From NCBI GenBank assembly GCA_944324945.1, contig CALUYE010000007.1, positions 2,501 to 66,500 on the forward strand: DNA of 64,000 nt, read 5' to 3'. Shown piece after piece: positions 1 through 8,748 of the stretch. The notes beneath the pieces are model-generated. The model saw nothing but the letters and a program-made list of their open reading frames with translations, was not told the DNA's origin and did not search any database. Both the position numbers and the translations under genes were made by a program. This DNA is from Candidatus Gastranaerophilales bacterium (GTDB lineage: Bacteria; Cyanobacteriota; Vampirovibrionia; Gastranaerophilales; Gastranaerophilaceae). Every line of letters starts with the position of its first letter. Within the stretch, counting starts at the first letter, position 1.

Positions 1-645
1 AAACAAGCCGTATGCTATCGTTTGAGCGTACATATCGGCAAATGTATGGTCTGTTAAATCATGCAATAAAATTTGCTTAAAAGCGTCTCTTTGATTTGCT
101 AAAGAGCCGGAACAATCACATTCAAGAGCGTTTATAATGACATCTCTTATCATAACCGCCTTTTGAGCCATAAGGTTTGCAAGCTGTTTGGGTGATTTAA
201 TGGTCTGCCCTTGATAATCACAGAAATTGCGGATATGATCGATTAGTTTTTGATATTCGTTTTCATATACTTTAATTTTGCCGTTTATAATATCACCAAC
301 TTTAACGGTATCGACATGTTTGCCATTCACAAAGAAACGAAATTCAAGATAATTGGTAAGGATAAGGTTATCAAGACTTGCTTTATATCTATCGAGCTGT
401 TCGGATTTTTCAACAACATCAAGGTTTTTATCAATGTCTTTAGCTTCAATATATCCTATCGGTATATTTTTCTTTTGAACTATATAATCAGGGGCGCCGC
501 ATTTTTGTCTTGTGGGTTCATTGATAACTTGAACACCTTTAACAATTCTTTCGATAAAATTTTGTAAATCACCTCTGAAACTGTGTTCTGTGGTTTTTTC
601 GGTTTTAAACTTTCTTATGATTCCATCAAGATACTTTTCTGTCAT
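1..645 (-). CDS. Type IIG restriction-modification enzyme / N6-adenine DNA methyltransferase, N-terminal part (gene runs off left edge)
   Basis: Not in the ORF track because it is open at the edge. Reverse translation from ATG 645-643 gives MTEKYLDGIIRKFKTEKTTEHSFRGDLQNFIERIVKGVQVINEPTRQKCGAPDYIVQKKNIPIGYIEAKDIDKNL... PD-(D/E)xK-like signature (APDYIV ... GYIEAKD). At the edge, ...HTFADMYAQTIAYGLF, a helix typical of fused Eco57I/MmeI/PglX-type enzymes. Confidence 0.6.
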   Translation of the reverse strand, partial: MTEKYLDGIIRKFKTEKTTEHSFRGDLQNFIERIVKGVQVINEPTRQKCGAPDYIVQKKNIPIGYIEAKDIDKNLDVVEKSEQLDRYKASLDNLILTNYLEFRFFVNGKHVDTVKVGDIINGKIKVYENEYQKLIDHIRNFCDYQGQTIKSPKQLANLMAQKAVMIRDVIINALECDCSGSLANQRDAFKQILLHDLTDHTFADMYAQTIAYGLF

Positions 646-702
646 AAATGGATTATAGCATATTTTGGCACTACGGCTCAATGCCGGTATTGTGTGCAAG
701 TA

Positions 703-1485
703 TTATTCTTTTTGAACAGATTTTTTAAGCCACTCATCGGCACGCGCTCCGTTTAAAATCTTTCCATCTGCCCTTATTCCAAAACCAAACGGAGCTTCAT
801 CTTTATTTGGTTCATCTATATCCATACAAAATATTTTATAATTTATATCAAAACCGTTTTTATCTTTATAATAAGGATCAATGTCCCCGGGGGCTGCGAA
901 TGCTCTTTTTACATTCTGCGCGTTCGGAGCATTGGTTTGCGAATTCCAGCCTGAATGGTTTGAGCCGAATGTTCTTAGAGGATCTGTTTCATAATAGCGT
1001 ATATCATCAGTTGTTACTATAGAATTACCAAGCTTTTTTTGTACATCTTCAATTGCACAGGTCGAATCAAGCTTTTCTTTCATATCGCTAAGCATCGCTT
1101 CGCTTATATCGGCATCTTCCAAATTATACATTCCTGATAAAGAACCGTATGTTGCAAGACTATCTTCTAAACAATTTACACTTTTAGTACTTATAACATC
1201 TGCAAATGTTTCACAAAAATATGTAAAATCCCCCTCGTGGGTTCTATCAACCAAAACTCCGTTTGCTCGCGTACCCAGATCACCGTTTTGATAATATTTA
1301 TCCGATGTTACAAGTTCACGAATTACTGTTCCCAGCGTATTATATCCTTTTTTAAATTTCATGGCTTTTTCATCAGGAGAAGATTGAAATGCCATAGGTA
1401 AAAGTATCATGGTTAAAACACCGATTATAACTAGGACGATTAGAATTTCTGCTAATGTAAAAGCGCGGTTAAATTTTTTTTTCAT
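703..1485 (-). CDS. Prepilin-type N-terminal cleavage/methylation domain protein (type IV pilin/pseudopilin-like), paralog 1
   Basis: N-terminus MKKKFNRA|FTLAEILIVLVIIGVLTMILLP: short basic leader, Glu+5, hydrophobic helix. Shares conserved N- and C-terminal blocks with 30273-31067 and 39166-39924. Confidence 0.85.
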   Translation of the reverse strand: MKKKFNRAFTLAEILIVLVIIGVLTMILLPMAFQSSPDEKAMKFKKGYNTLGTVIRELVTSDKYYQNGDLGTRANGVLVDRTHEGDFTYFCETFADVISTKSVNCLEDSLATYGSLSGMYNLEDADISEAMLSDMKEKLDSTCAIEDVQKKLGNSIVTTDDIRYYETDPLRTFGSNHSGWNSQTNAPNAQNVKRAFAAPGDIDPYYKDKNGFDINYKIFCMDIDEPNKDEAPFGFGIRADGKILNGARADEWLKKSVQKE

Positions 1486-1536
1486 ATTTCCCTTATATTT
1501 TAAATGATTTCAGTATTAATTTAACTTTTAATTATA

Positions 1537-1626
1537 ATTTTTTTATCAAAATTCTTATTAACAGGAGTAATTTTTTATCAATATTGTAATACTAATATGA
1601 ATTTTATGTCAATATTTGTATTAATA
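1537..1626. promoter_or_regulatory. Three phased imperfect direct repeats in the pilin1/XRE1 divergent spacer (candidate operator array)
   Basis: aatttttttatcaaaattcttattaaca / taattttttatcaatattgtaatactaa / gaattttatgtcaatatttgtattaata. The TCAA cores lie at 1546, 1578 and 1609 (32 and 31 bp apart). The middle repeat contains the palindrome CAATATTG. Confidence 0.4.
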
Positions 1627-1678
1627 ATTTATTTAATTTAGTTAAAAACCTTTTTAATATTAGTAAAAAGGGAAAATA

Positions 1679-2005
1679 ATGAAATTAACAACAAAATTTG
1701 GAAAAAGATTAAAAGAACTCAGAAAAAAAGCGGGACTCAGCCAACAACAGCTTGCGGAACTTGTTGGGATGGAATCCTTAAATAATATAAGCAAACTTGA
1801 AACAGGCGAACAGCTTCCCAAAAAAGAAAATCTTGAAAAAATTTGCAAGGCCCTTTGTGTTGAACCCAGAGAACTTTTTGATTTTGGCCATTTTAAAACA
1901 AGAGAAGAAATCATTATCGACCTAAACAACACCTTCAAAACCTCCACCCTAAAAGACCTTCAATTTTTCAAAAGAACAATTGATGCATATTATGAGTCGA
2001 AGTAG
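1679..2005 (+). CDS. XRE-family helix-turn-helix transcriptional regulator (XRE1)
   Basis: FGKRLKELRKKAGLSQQQLAELVG...ISKLETG fits the HTH_3 pattern. SD AAAGGGAAAATAATG. Divergent from pilin paralog 1. Full-length similarity to 31231-31548. Confidence 0.85.
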   Translation: MKLTTKFGKRLKELRKKAGLSQQQLAELVGMESLNNISKLETGEQLPKKENLEKICKALCVEPRELFDFGHFKTREEIIIDLNNTFKTSTLKDLQFFKRTIDAYYESK

Positions 2006-2027
2006 ATTTAAAATATTTTTTTATTTT

Positions 2028-2056
2028 AAAAAGGCAGCTTCAAAGCTGCCTTTTTT
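2028..2056. terminator. Bidirectional rho-independent terminator between XRE1 and the NifX-like gene
   Basis: aaaaaGGCAGCTTcaAAGCTGCCtttttt: 8-bp GC-rich stem flanked by an A-run and a T-run, between convergent genes. Confidence 0.8.
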
Positions 2057-2074
2057 GTTATTTTATTTAAAAAT

Positions 2075-2467
2075 TTATTTATGATGATTGCATTTATGAG
2101 AATGGTGGCAGTGGGTGTGGTCGTGGCCTTCGCCTTGGCATTGGTTTTCGCCTGTTTTTAGGGTTGAATTCAGGTATTCTTTTACGATTTGTTCTATGGG
2201 TAATTCTTCGCAGCCTGAAATTACTTTGACATTGTTCATTTTAAAAGCTTCCATGGGGCGTGCTCCCATGCCGCCTGCAAGAACAACCGATACTCCTTGT
2301 TTTGCAATCCAATCGGCGCTTTTGCAGCTTACGCCTTCTTGCGGTGTTTTTGTTTCTATGTTTAAAATTTCTTTTGTATCAGGGTTAACTTCAACAAAAC
2401 CGAATGTTTCACAGTGTCCGAAATGTGCGCATAATTTGCCTTCAAGCACGGGAAGTGCAATTTTCAT
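2075..2467 (-). CDS. NifB/NifX-family (FeMo-cofactor-binding-like domain) protein with Cys/His-rich tail
   Basis: MKIALPV..GKLCAHFGHCETFGFVEV... and VVLAGGMGARP are typical of the NifX/NifB C-terminal fold. The tail is CQGEGHDHTHCHHSHKCNHHK. Confidence 0.7.
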   Translation of the reverse strand: MKIALPVLEGKLCAHFGHCETFGFVEVNPDTKEILNIETKTPQEGVSCKSADWIAKQGVSVVLAGGMGARPMEAFKMNNVKVISGCEELPIEQIVKEYLNSTLKTGENQCQGEGHDHTHCHHSHKCNHHK

Positions 2468-2525
2468 AATTTCCTCCTTTGAATTTAATATGTTTATATT
2501 ATAACTCTTCGGTTTTTTAAATGCA

Positions 2526-3440
2526 CTACTTGTTGTAGTTAATTTCTTTATCGGGGGTGAATTTTTCTTTTAATTTATCCAAAAAAAGTTTAGCAGCGGG
2601 AGAAAAAACCTGATATTTTTTCCATACGATATCAAGCGCTGATTCAAGTTTTGGTTTTAAAGGTTTAAAACATAAGGTGCTTTCGCTTGATGTATCAACA
2701 AGTTTATCTAAAGTTATGGCATATCCAATCCCCGCTTTAACCATTACTGCAGCGTTATAAACAAGATTGATTGTTGCAACGGTGTTTAAATTTTCAAATT
2801 CGCCCTGAAACCATTCGATAAATTCATTTTTACCGTTTAATTTTCTCATTGCCTGTCTTGAATTAATAAGGGGTAAATTTTTTAAATCTTCAAGTTCAAT
2901 ATAATCCTTTTTGGCAAGTTTGGAATTTTTTCTCATGACAACACCCCAAATATCTTTATCAGGCAGGGCTATGGTATCGTATTTTGATAAATCAACAGGC
3001 TGGATTAAAACGCCGAAATCCAAAAGTCCCTTATCAAGTTTTTCGGTAACATCTTCTGCGTTTCCGCTATAGATATGAAATTTAATATCGGGATAATCTT
3101 CTTGAATTTCTTTTATAATGTGTGCAATATGTTTCATACAATCGGATTCGCCGCCGCCTATGTAAATATCTCCGCTTATTGTATCGCTTATTGATAGTTC
3201 CGATTGTGTTTTTTCGACAAGGTCGACAATTTCCTGTGCTCTTTTTCTTAAAATCATGCCTTCAGGCGTTAGCGTAACTTTATATTTACCGCGAATTAAA
3301 AGTTTTTGTTTAAGTTCTTTTTCTAAATCCTGTAATTGACGCGTTAGTGTCGGCTGGGTAAGATGAAGCGAGTTTGCTGCTCCTGTTATGCTGCCTTCGC
3401 GTGCTACCGCTAAAAAATATTTCAATACCCTTAGTTCCAT
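2526..3440 (-). CDS. LysR-family transcriptional regulator
   Basis: MELRVLKYFLAVAREGSITGAANSLHLTQPTLTRQLQDLEKEL is the canonical LysR N-terminal wHTH. About 300 aa including a substrate-binding domain. Confidence 0.9.
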   Translation of the reverse strand: MELRVLKYFLAVAREGSITGAANSLHLTQPTLTRQLQDLEKELKQKLLIRGKYKVTLTPEGMILRKRAQEIVDLVEKTQSELSISDTISGDIYIGGGESDCMKHIAHIIKEIQEDYPDIKFHIYSGNAEDVTEKLDKGLLDFGVLIQPVDLSKYDTIALPDKDIWGVVMRKNSKLAKKDYIELEDLKNLPLINSRQAMRKLNGKNEFIEWFQGEFENLNTVATINLVYNAAVMVKAGIGYAITLDKLVDTSSESTLCFKPLKPKLESALDIVWKKYQVFSPAAKLFLDKLKEKFTPDKEINYNK

Positions 3441-3563
3441 AAAACAATATTAATTCTTTTAATTATACCTGTCAAGTATTTTTTATTATGTAATATAAGT
3501 ATTTGCTATTTTTAAAAAATAGTAAATAATAAAAAAGAGAAATTATAATTAACAGGATTAAAT

Positions 3564-4133
3564 ATGGATATAAAAGAATTTTTAGATTTTATTGAAACAA
3601 AACAACCCGTTGAAGCAAATTCAAAAGTTTTTGAAATGTTTCATATATTAGCTCAAGAAGCGCTTAAAATAACCATGGAAATAAATAACAAATATCATAC
3701 TCCTGATGAAATTGTTGATTTATTTTCAAAATTAACAGGCAAAAAAGTTCATCCGTCTTTTAAGCTTTTCCCGCCTTTTTACACGGATTGCGGAAAAAAT
3801 ATTACGCTTGGCAAGAATGTTTTTATAAACAGCTGCTGCAAATTCCAAGATCAGGGCGGGATTAAAATCGGGGATGGATGCCTTATAGGGCATAGCGTTG
3901 TGATTGCAACCATAAACCATGATTTTAATCCCCATAATCGGGCTAAAATGTATCCAAAACCCGTAAATATCGGGAATAATGTCTGGATTGGATCTAATTC
4001 AACGATATTACCCGGGGTAAATATAGGAGACGGCGCAATAATTGCAGCAGGAAGCGTTGTTATAAATGACGTTTTAAAAAACACTATCGTAGCGGGTAAT
4101 CCTGCAAAAATTAAAAAAGAAATACGGTTTTAG
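3564..4133 (+). CDS. Sugar O-acetyltransferase (Maa/LacA-like, left-handed beta-helix hexapeptide repeat)
   Basis: Hexapeptide repeats [13 protein letters not shown]..., [31 protein letters not shown], and C-terminal AGNPAKI. Confidence 0.85.
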   Translation: MDIKEFLDFIETKQPVEANSKVFEMFHILAQEALKITMEINNKYHTPDEIVDLFSKLTGKKVHPSFKLFPPFYTDCGKNITLGKNVFINSCCKFQDQGGIKIGDGCLIGHSVVIATINHDFNPHNRAKMYPKPVNIGNNVWIGSNSTILPGVNIGDGAIIAAGSVVINDVLKNTIVAGNPAKIKKEIRF

Positions 4134-4143
4134 AGGTGTTTTG

Positions 4144-4263
4144 ATGTTTAAAATATTAAAAATTTTATTTGTTTTTATGATTCTATCAATTATAAAAGGT
4201 ATTAATATGGAAAATGCAGCCCTTTTGGAGCCGCTAAGAAACAGGCTTCGAATTTATCTTTAA
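4144..4263 (+). CDS. Unannotated small ORF (39 aa, hydrophobic N-terminus)
   Basis: SD GAGGTG lies 5 nt before the ATG and overlaps the stop of the acetyltransferase gene. Product MFKILKILFVFMILSIIKGINMENAALLEPLRNRLRIYL. Below the track size cut-off. Confidence 0.3.
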   Translation: MFKILKILFVFMILSIIKGINMENAALLEPLRNRLRIYL

Positions 4264-4275
4264 TTAATAAGCATT

Positions 4276-5628
4276 TTATATTTTTTCGCTATTATAAGGA
4301 TTAATCCCGCCCAAGGCTTTATATAAACCGATAGAACAGATTATTGAATTAATTTTATTTGAAGTTTCCTGTTTTTTTGTTGATAAATAAACTTCTTTTG
4401 CGTATAAAACGTCAAGATCATTGGCGGATCCTATTTTTCTTTTGTCTTTTATAAGATTATAAATTTTTTCATCTGTTTTAATTCGATTACTCACTTCTTT
4501 ATAATTTTCAAGGGCGGTTTTATATTCAATAAGGTTTGAGTTTATATCCGTAACACCCGTAATATAAGTTTTTTGATAGTCATTAAGTGCTTGTTCGTAT
4601 TGCATCTTTTTCATTTTTAAAAAAGCAATTTTTCTTCCGCCTGAAAATAAATCCCAGCTTGGTAATATCCCTGCATTAAAAAATTGCGAAGGAGAATTAA
4701 ATAAAGAACTTAAATGGTAAGCATTAAGTCCTATTTGCCCGAATATTACAAAAGAGGGCAAAAATTCTTTTCTTGCAACTCTTATATCAAAACCGAGCCT
4801 TTTTAAATTTGCTTCCTGTTCGATATAATCGGGTCTTTTTAACACAATATCGCTGCTATATTTTAAAGGCAGGTCATCTATAAGTTTTGTGTTTTCAAAA
4901 GAGTTTCTTTTGATTTTATCGTTTTCATCCGCAAGATAAACTTTTAAACTCTCAATTAAAACATCCCGTGTTTTAATATGGGTATTGTATTCTTCTTTTA
5001 AAATCGTTAAAAGCTTTTGTGCTTCAAGTACTTCATTTATTGAACATAATCCTGAATTATATTTTTCCCGTGTTTTGGATAAAATTTCTTCTTGTGTATC
5101 AATAAGTTCTTTTTGAAGTTCAATTAACTTATCGGCTTTAATTAAATTAAAATAATCGGCTGCAAAATTTCCCGATAGTGAAATATATGTTGCTCTTTCC
5201 ATTTGTTTTATAATTTCAAGCTGCTGTTTTTTGCTTTTTGTTTTTAGTCTGTTCTTGCCCCAGATATCAATTTCATACCCTGCGTTTAAAGGAATATTAT
5301 AGTTATATTGCGAATATTTCGGTATCATCATAGAACCGAATTGTTGTCTTGGGGCTTGAAAGTCCCTTGATAATTCTCCCGTTAAAGATAAGAAGGGTAA
5401 TTCTTGCGCAAATTGCATTTTTACCATTTGTTCATTTTCTTTAATTTTTAAAGCCGCGTTTTTTAAATCGTAATTATTTTTATAAAGTTTTTCTAAATTT
5501 TCGCTTAAATATTTATCATTAAAGCTATTCCACCAATCCATGTTTGTATATTTATTTTCATCTTCGCAAAAAGCAAAATTAAAGATATTAAAAAAGATAA
5601 AAAATAAAATTATAAAAATTTTTTTCAT
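4276..5628 (-). CDS. TolC/NodT-like outer-membrane efflux protein (copy 1)
   Basis: Signal peptide and two OEP-type repeats (YEIDIWGKNRLKTKS..., PSWDLFSGGR...). 450 aa. Paralog of 55054-56415. Confidence 0.85.
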   Translation of the reverse strand: MKKIFIILFFIFFNIFNFAFCEDENKYTNMDWWNSFNDKYLSENLEKLYKNNYDLKNAALKIKENEQMVKMQFAQELPFLSLTGELSRDFQAPRQQFGSMMIPKYSQYNYNIPLNAGYEIDIWGKNRLKTKSKKQQLEIIKQMERATYISLSGNFAADYFNLIKADKLIELQKELIDTQEEILSKTREKYNSGLCSINEVLEAQKLLTILKEEYNTHIKTRDVLIESLKVYLADENDKIKRNSFENTKLIDDLPLKYSSDIVLKRPDYIEQEANLKRLGFDIRVARKEFLPSFVIFGQIGLNAYHLSSLFNSPSQFFNAGILPSWDLFSGGRKIAFLKMKKMQYEQALNDYQKTYITGVTDINSNLIEYKTALENYKEVSNRIKTDEKIYNLIKDKRKIGSANDLDVLYAKEVYLSTKKQETSNKINSIICSIGLYKALGGINPYNSEKI

Positions 5629-5643
5629 TTACTATTCCTTGAA

Positions 5644-5677
5644 TTTTCCTTGTGATATAATTACATCACAAGGAAAA
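5644..5677. promoter_or_regulatory. Perfect 13-bp inverted repeat (candidate MarR operator) overlapping a TATAAT box
   Basis: TTTTCCTTGTGAT-ataattac-ATCACAAGGAAAA. TATAAT at 5656-5661 sits at the dyad. Located in the tolC/marR divergent spacer. Confidence 0.6.
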
Positions 5678-5688
5678 GGGAAAATCAA

Positions 5689-6144
5689 ATGCATCGGATG
5701 TATCTGGGGAAAAAAATAAAAACAAATATATATAATACTGGCGTTGTATCAAGAGCGCTGTCATCACAGACGTTTAGCGAAAAAGGTTTCGATATTACCC
5801 CTGAACAGTATTTAATTTTAGAACTTTTGATTGATAACGATGAAATGTATCAAAGGCAAATTGCCGAAATTACCCATAAAGACAGGGCAAATGTTGCAAG
5901 AATTATTAAAATTTTAAAAGATAAAGGTTTAATTGAAAAAATTCCGCAGGCAAGAGGCAGAAAGATTTATAAAATCGTTGTAACCGAAAAAGGAAAAAAA
6001 GTAAAAGATGAAATTTATCCGACCATTATTGAGTTAAGAAAAATTTTATATGCAAATATATCAAAAGAAGATTTAATAACAACATTTAACACAATTCAAA
6101 AAATTTATGAAAACGCAAAAGACAAAGTAAAATTGCAAATTTAA
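5689..6144 (+). CDS. MarR-family transcriptional regulator (copy 1)
   Basis: ITPEQYLILELLIDNDEMYQRQIAEITHKDRANVARIIKILKDKGLIEK is a MarR winged HTH. An alternative ATG exists at 5698. Confidence 0.85.
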   Translation: MHRMYLGKKIKTNIYNTGVVSRALSSQTFSEKGFDITPEQYLILELLIDNDEMYQRQIAEITHKDRANVARIIKILKDKGLIEKIPQARGRKIYKIVVTEKGKKVKDEIYPTIIELRKILYANISKEDLITTFNTIQKIYENAKDKVKLQI

Positions 6145-6155
6145 GGAAAAAGACC

Positions 6156-7106
6156 ATGGAAGAAGATAAAAGACCGATTTATGAGAAAAAACGCGTAATA
6201 GTACCAAGCATAACAGCATTAATACTTTTGATTTTCGGGCTTATAGTTACGATTAATTCAATATTTTATAAATCAACGGATGATGCTTTTGTTGAAGGTC
6301 ATATAATTACAATAGCGCCAAGAGTCTCAGGGCCTGTTATAAAATTATATATTGATGATAACCAGGAAGTGAAAAAAGGTGCCTTGCTTCTTGAAATTGA
6401 CCCTGAAGATTACAAAACAAAATACAATGAAATAAAAGCAAACCTTGAAGAAGCAAAAGCAATGCTTGGAAGCGCTCAAAATGAAATTGTAAAATCATAT
6501 TCGGCACTGGATTTTGCAAAAGGAGATTATGAGAGATATTCTGCTATGTATAATAAAGGAATCTCATCAAAACAAGACTACGATTCAAGCAGAAATAATT
6601 TAACCGCAGCCCAAACAAACAACAATTCCGCAAAATCAAAACACGATAAAATCTCAGCTTCAATTAAAAAACTTGAAGCGCAACTTGAACAGGCAAGATT
6701 AAACCTTTCTTATACAAAAATATATGCCCCGGAAGACGGCAAAATTACAAACCGCTCGGTAGAACAAGGCAACTACGTTCAAACGGCACAGCCTTTGTTT
6801 TCAATAGTTCCTCATAAAGTCTGGATTGTTGCCAATTTTAAAGAAACACAGGTTGCTAATATGGAAAAAGGGCAGAAAGTAAAAATTAAAATAGATGCGT
6901 TTCCAAATAGAAAATTTAACGGCGTAGTAGACAGCATTCAAATGGCATCAGGAGCAAAAGCGAGTCTTTTTCCTCCCGAGAATGCGGTTGGAAGCTATGT
7001 AAAAATTGTTCAAAGAATTCCTGTTAAAATATTATTTACGGATGATATTTCAAACCTTAATATAATCCCGGGCATGTCTGTTGTTCCTGTTGTAAAGGTT
7101 AAATAG
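6156..7106 (+). CDS. HlyD/EmrA-family membrane fusion (periplasmic adaptor) protein (copy 1)
   Basis: N-terminal TM, then TDDAFVEGHIITIAPRVSGPV, a coiled-coil hairpin, LSYTKIYAPEDGKI, and C-terminal VGSYVKIVQRIPVKI. Confidence 0.9.
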   Translation: MEEDKRPIYEKKRVIVPSITALILLIFGLIVTINSIFYKSTDDAFVEGHIITIAPRVSGPVIKLYIDDNQEVKKGALLLEIDPEDYKTKYNEIKANLEEAKAMLGSAQNEIVKSYSALDFAKGDYERYSAMYNKGISSKQDYDSSRNNLTAAQTNNNSAKSKHDKISASIKKLEAQLEQARLNLSYTKIYAPEDGKITNRSVEQGNYVQTAQPLFSIVPHKVWIVANFKETQVANMEKGQKVKIKIDAFPNRKFNGVVDSIQMASGAKASLFPPENAVGSYVKIVQRIPVKILFTDDISNLNIIPGMSVVPVVKVK

Positions 7107-8675
7107 ATGGAACAAGGAAATAAACAAAAGAAAGTTCCTTTGTGGCTTGTTGCTTTTTCAATTCTTTTACCCACCTCGTTTTCAGCCCTTGCAACATCTG
7201 CAACAAACGTTGCAATTCCTCATATATCGGGTTATTTTGCCGCTACAAATGATGAAGCAAAATGGGTTGTAACATCATATATGATAGCAAATGCTTGTCT
7301 TATAATGCTTTCAGGCTGGCTTGAGGGATTAATGGGAAGAAAAACTTTTTTAAAAGTTTCAATTGTAATTTTTACGCTCGGAGCTTTAATTTGCGTTATA
7401 GCACCGTCTTTAAATGCCATGGTTTTAGGAAGACTGATTCAAGGTATCGGGGGAGGCCCTATGACTCCTATGTCTCAGACGATTTTATTGAGCGCTTTTC
7501 CGCCCGAGAAAAAAGGGGTTGCAATGTCTTTGTTTGGGCTTGCTGTTATGGTTTTTGCAATTTTGGGGCCGTCTTTTGGAGGCTTTATTGTTGATAATTT
7601 AAACTGGCAGTATATTTATTCCGTTAATATTCCCATAGGACTTATTTCTTTATTTCTTGTGAGCAGGTTCATTCAAGATACAAAACATGATAAAAAATCG
7701 GAAAAAATAGATTATATAGGGATGAGCGCTTTAATTTTATGGCTTTTATCAATTCAAATCGTGCTTGATAAAGGACAGCAATATAACTGGTTTGATTGCG
7801 CATGGATTAGCTGGTTGAGCGGTTTTTCTCTTGTTGTGCTTGCGTTTTTAATTGTATGGGAAATTGAAAATAAAAATTCTTTTATAAAATTAAGGCTCTT
7901 TAAAGACAGAAATTTTTTAATCGGAACAATTATTTCAACTGCAGTTACCATGGTTGTTTTTACTACTATGTTTTTAGCACCGCAGTTTTTGCAAAACGTA
8001 CTTGGCTACACTGCTCTTTTAAGCGGCTATACCCTTGCGCCAAGGGTAATATCTTGCGTTATTATGCTTATTCTAATTACACCTTTAATGAAAATTTATG
8101 ACAGCAGATTGTTAATTGCTGCAGGCTTTTTCTTTCTTGGGATTGCAACGTTTATGTTTACGAATGTAAATTTAAGTGTTTCGTTCATTTATGTTTCAAT
8201 TCCAAACGTACTTTTAGGTATAGGTGTAATTTTAACTTTTATTCCGATATCAGCGCTTGCACTGGGAACACTCCCCAAAGACCAGCTTGCAAACGGAGCA
8301 AGTTTGCATAATTTTTGTAAAACAGTTGGTGCAGCGGTTGTTGTATCCGTTTCATCAACAATTGTTGCAAGGCATTCTCAAATTCATCAAACTTATCTTG
8401 TTGATAATTTATCTAATTTTAATCTTGTTTTTCAAAATAAAATGACATCCTTCATTCATACGTTTTCGCTCTTTACTTCAAGCTCATTTGCGCAAATTAA
8501 AGCCAATGCTTATGTTTATAAACAGCTTATTGTTCAGGCAAGATTAATGTCTTATGTTGATGTGTTTGCACTGTTTGCACTTTTAGCTTTTATTTTGATT
8601 CCAATCTCTTTTATGCTTAATACAAACGTGAATGAAAAAGATGCACTTGAACATCAAAAACATCATCACGTATAA
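7107..8675 (+). CDS. MFS drug:H+ antiporter, DHA2 (EmrB/QacA, 14-TM) family (copy 1)
   Basis: MIANACLIMLSGWL...GRK and GRLIQGIGGGPMTPMSQ motifs. 522 aa with multiple TM segments. Its ATG abuts the stop of the adaptor gene. Confidence 0.9.
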   Translation: MEQGNKQKKVPLWLVAFSILLPTSFSALATSATNVAIPHISGYFAATNDEAKWVVTSYMIANACLIMLSGWLEGLMGRKTFLKVSIVIFTLGALICVIAPSLNAMVLGRLIQGIGGGPMTPMSQTILLSAFPPEKKGVAMSLFGLAVMVFAILGPSFGGFIVDNLNWQYIYSVNIPIGLISLFLVSRFIQDTKHDKKSEKIDYIGMSALILWLLSIQIVLDKGQQYNWFDCAWISWLSGFSLVVLAFLIVWEIENKNSFIKLRLFKDRNFLIGTIISTAVTMVVFTTMFLAPQFLQNVLGYTALLSGYTLAPRVISCVIMLILITPLMKIYDSRLLIAAGFFFLGIATFMFTNVNLSVSFIYVSIPNVLLGIGVILTFIPISALALGTLPKDQLANGASLHNFCKTVGAAVVVSVSSTIVARHSQIHQTYLVDNLSNFNLVFQNKMTSFIHTFSLFTSSSFAQIKANAYVYKQLIVQARLMSYVDVFALFALLAFILIPISFMLNTNVNEKDALEHQKHHHV

Positions 8676-8748
8676 AAATTAATTGATTAAAATTTGTTTA
8701 TGATAAAATAATTTTTGGATTATTTTGTATTGTTATAAAGGTTATTAT

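Noticed and set aside
250-567. 105-aa plus-strand ORF from the track
   Set aside because: It lies entirely antisense to the well-supported Type IIG enzyme ORF (1-645, minus). Its product is low-complexity and F/I/N-rich, typical of the AT-rich antisense frame.
2115-2504. 129-aa ORF antisense to the NifX-like gene
   Set aside because: The opposite strand has clear family motifs. This frame has none and runs into the promoter region.
8725-8748. Upstream TTG start for pyk given by the track
   Set aside because: ATG 8749 gives the canonical N-terminus (MNSKFFKRTKIVATIGPA). The extension (MYCYKGYY) is not typical.
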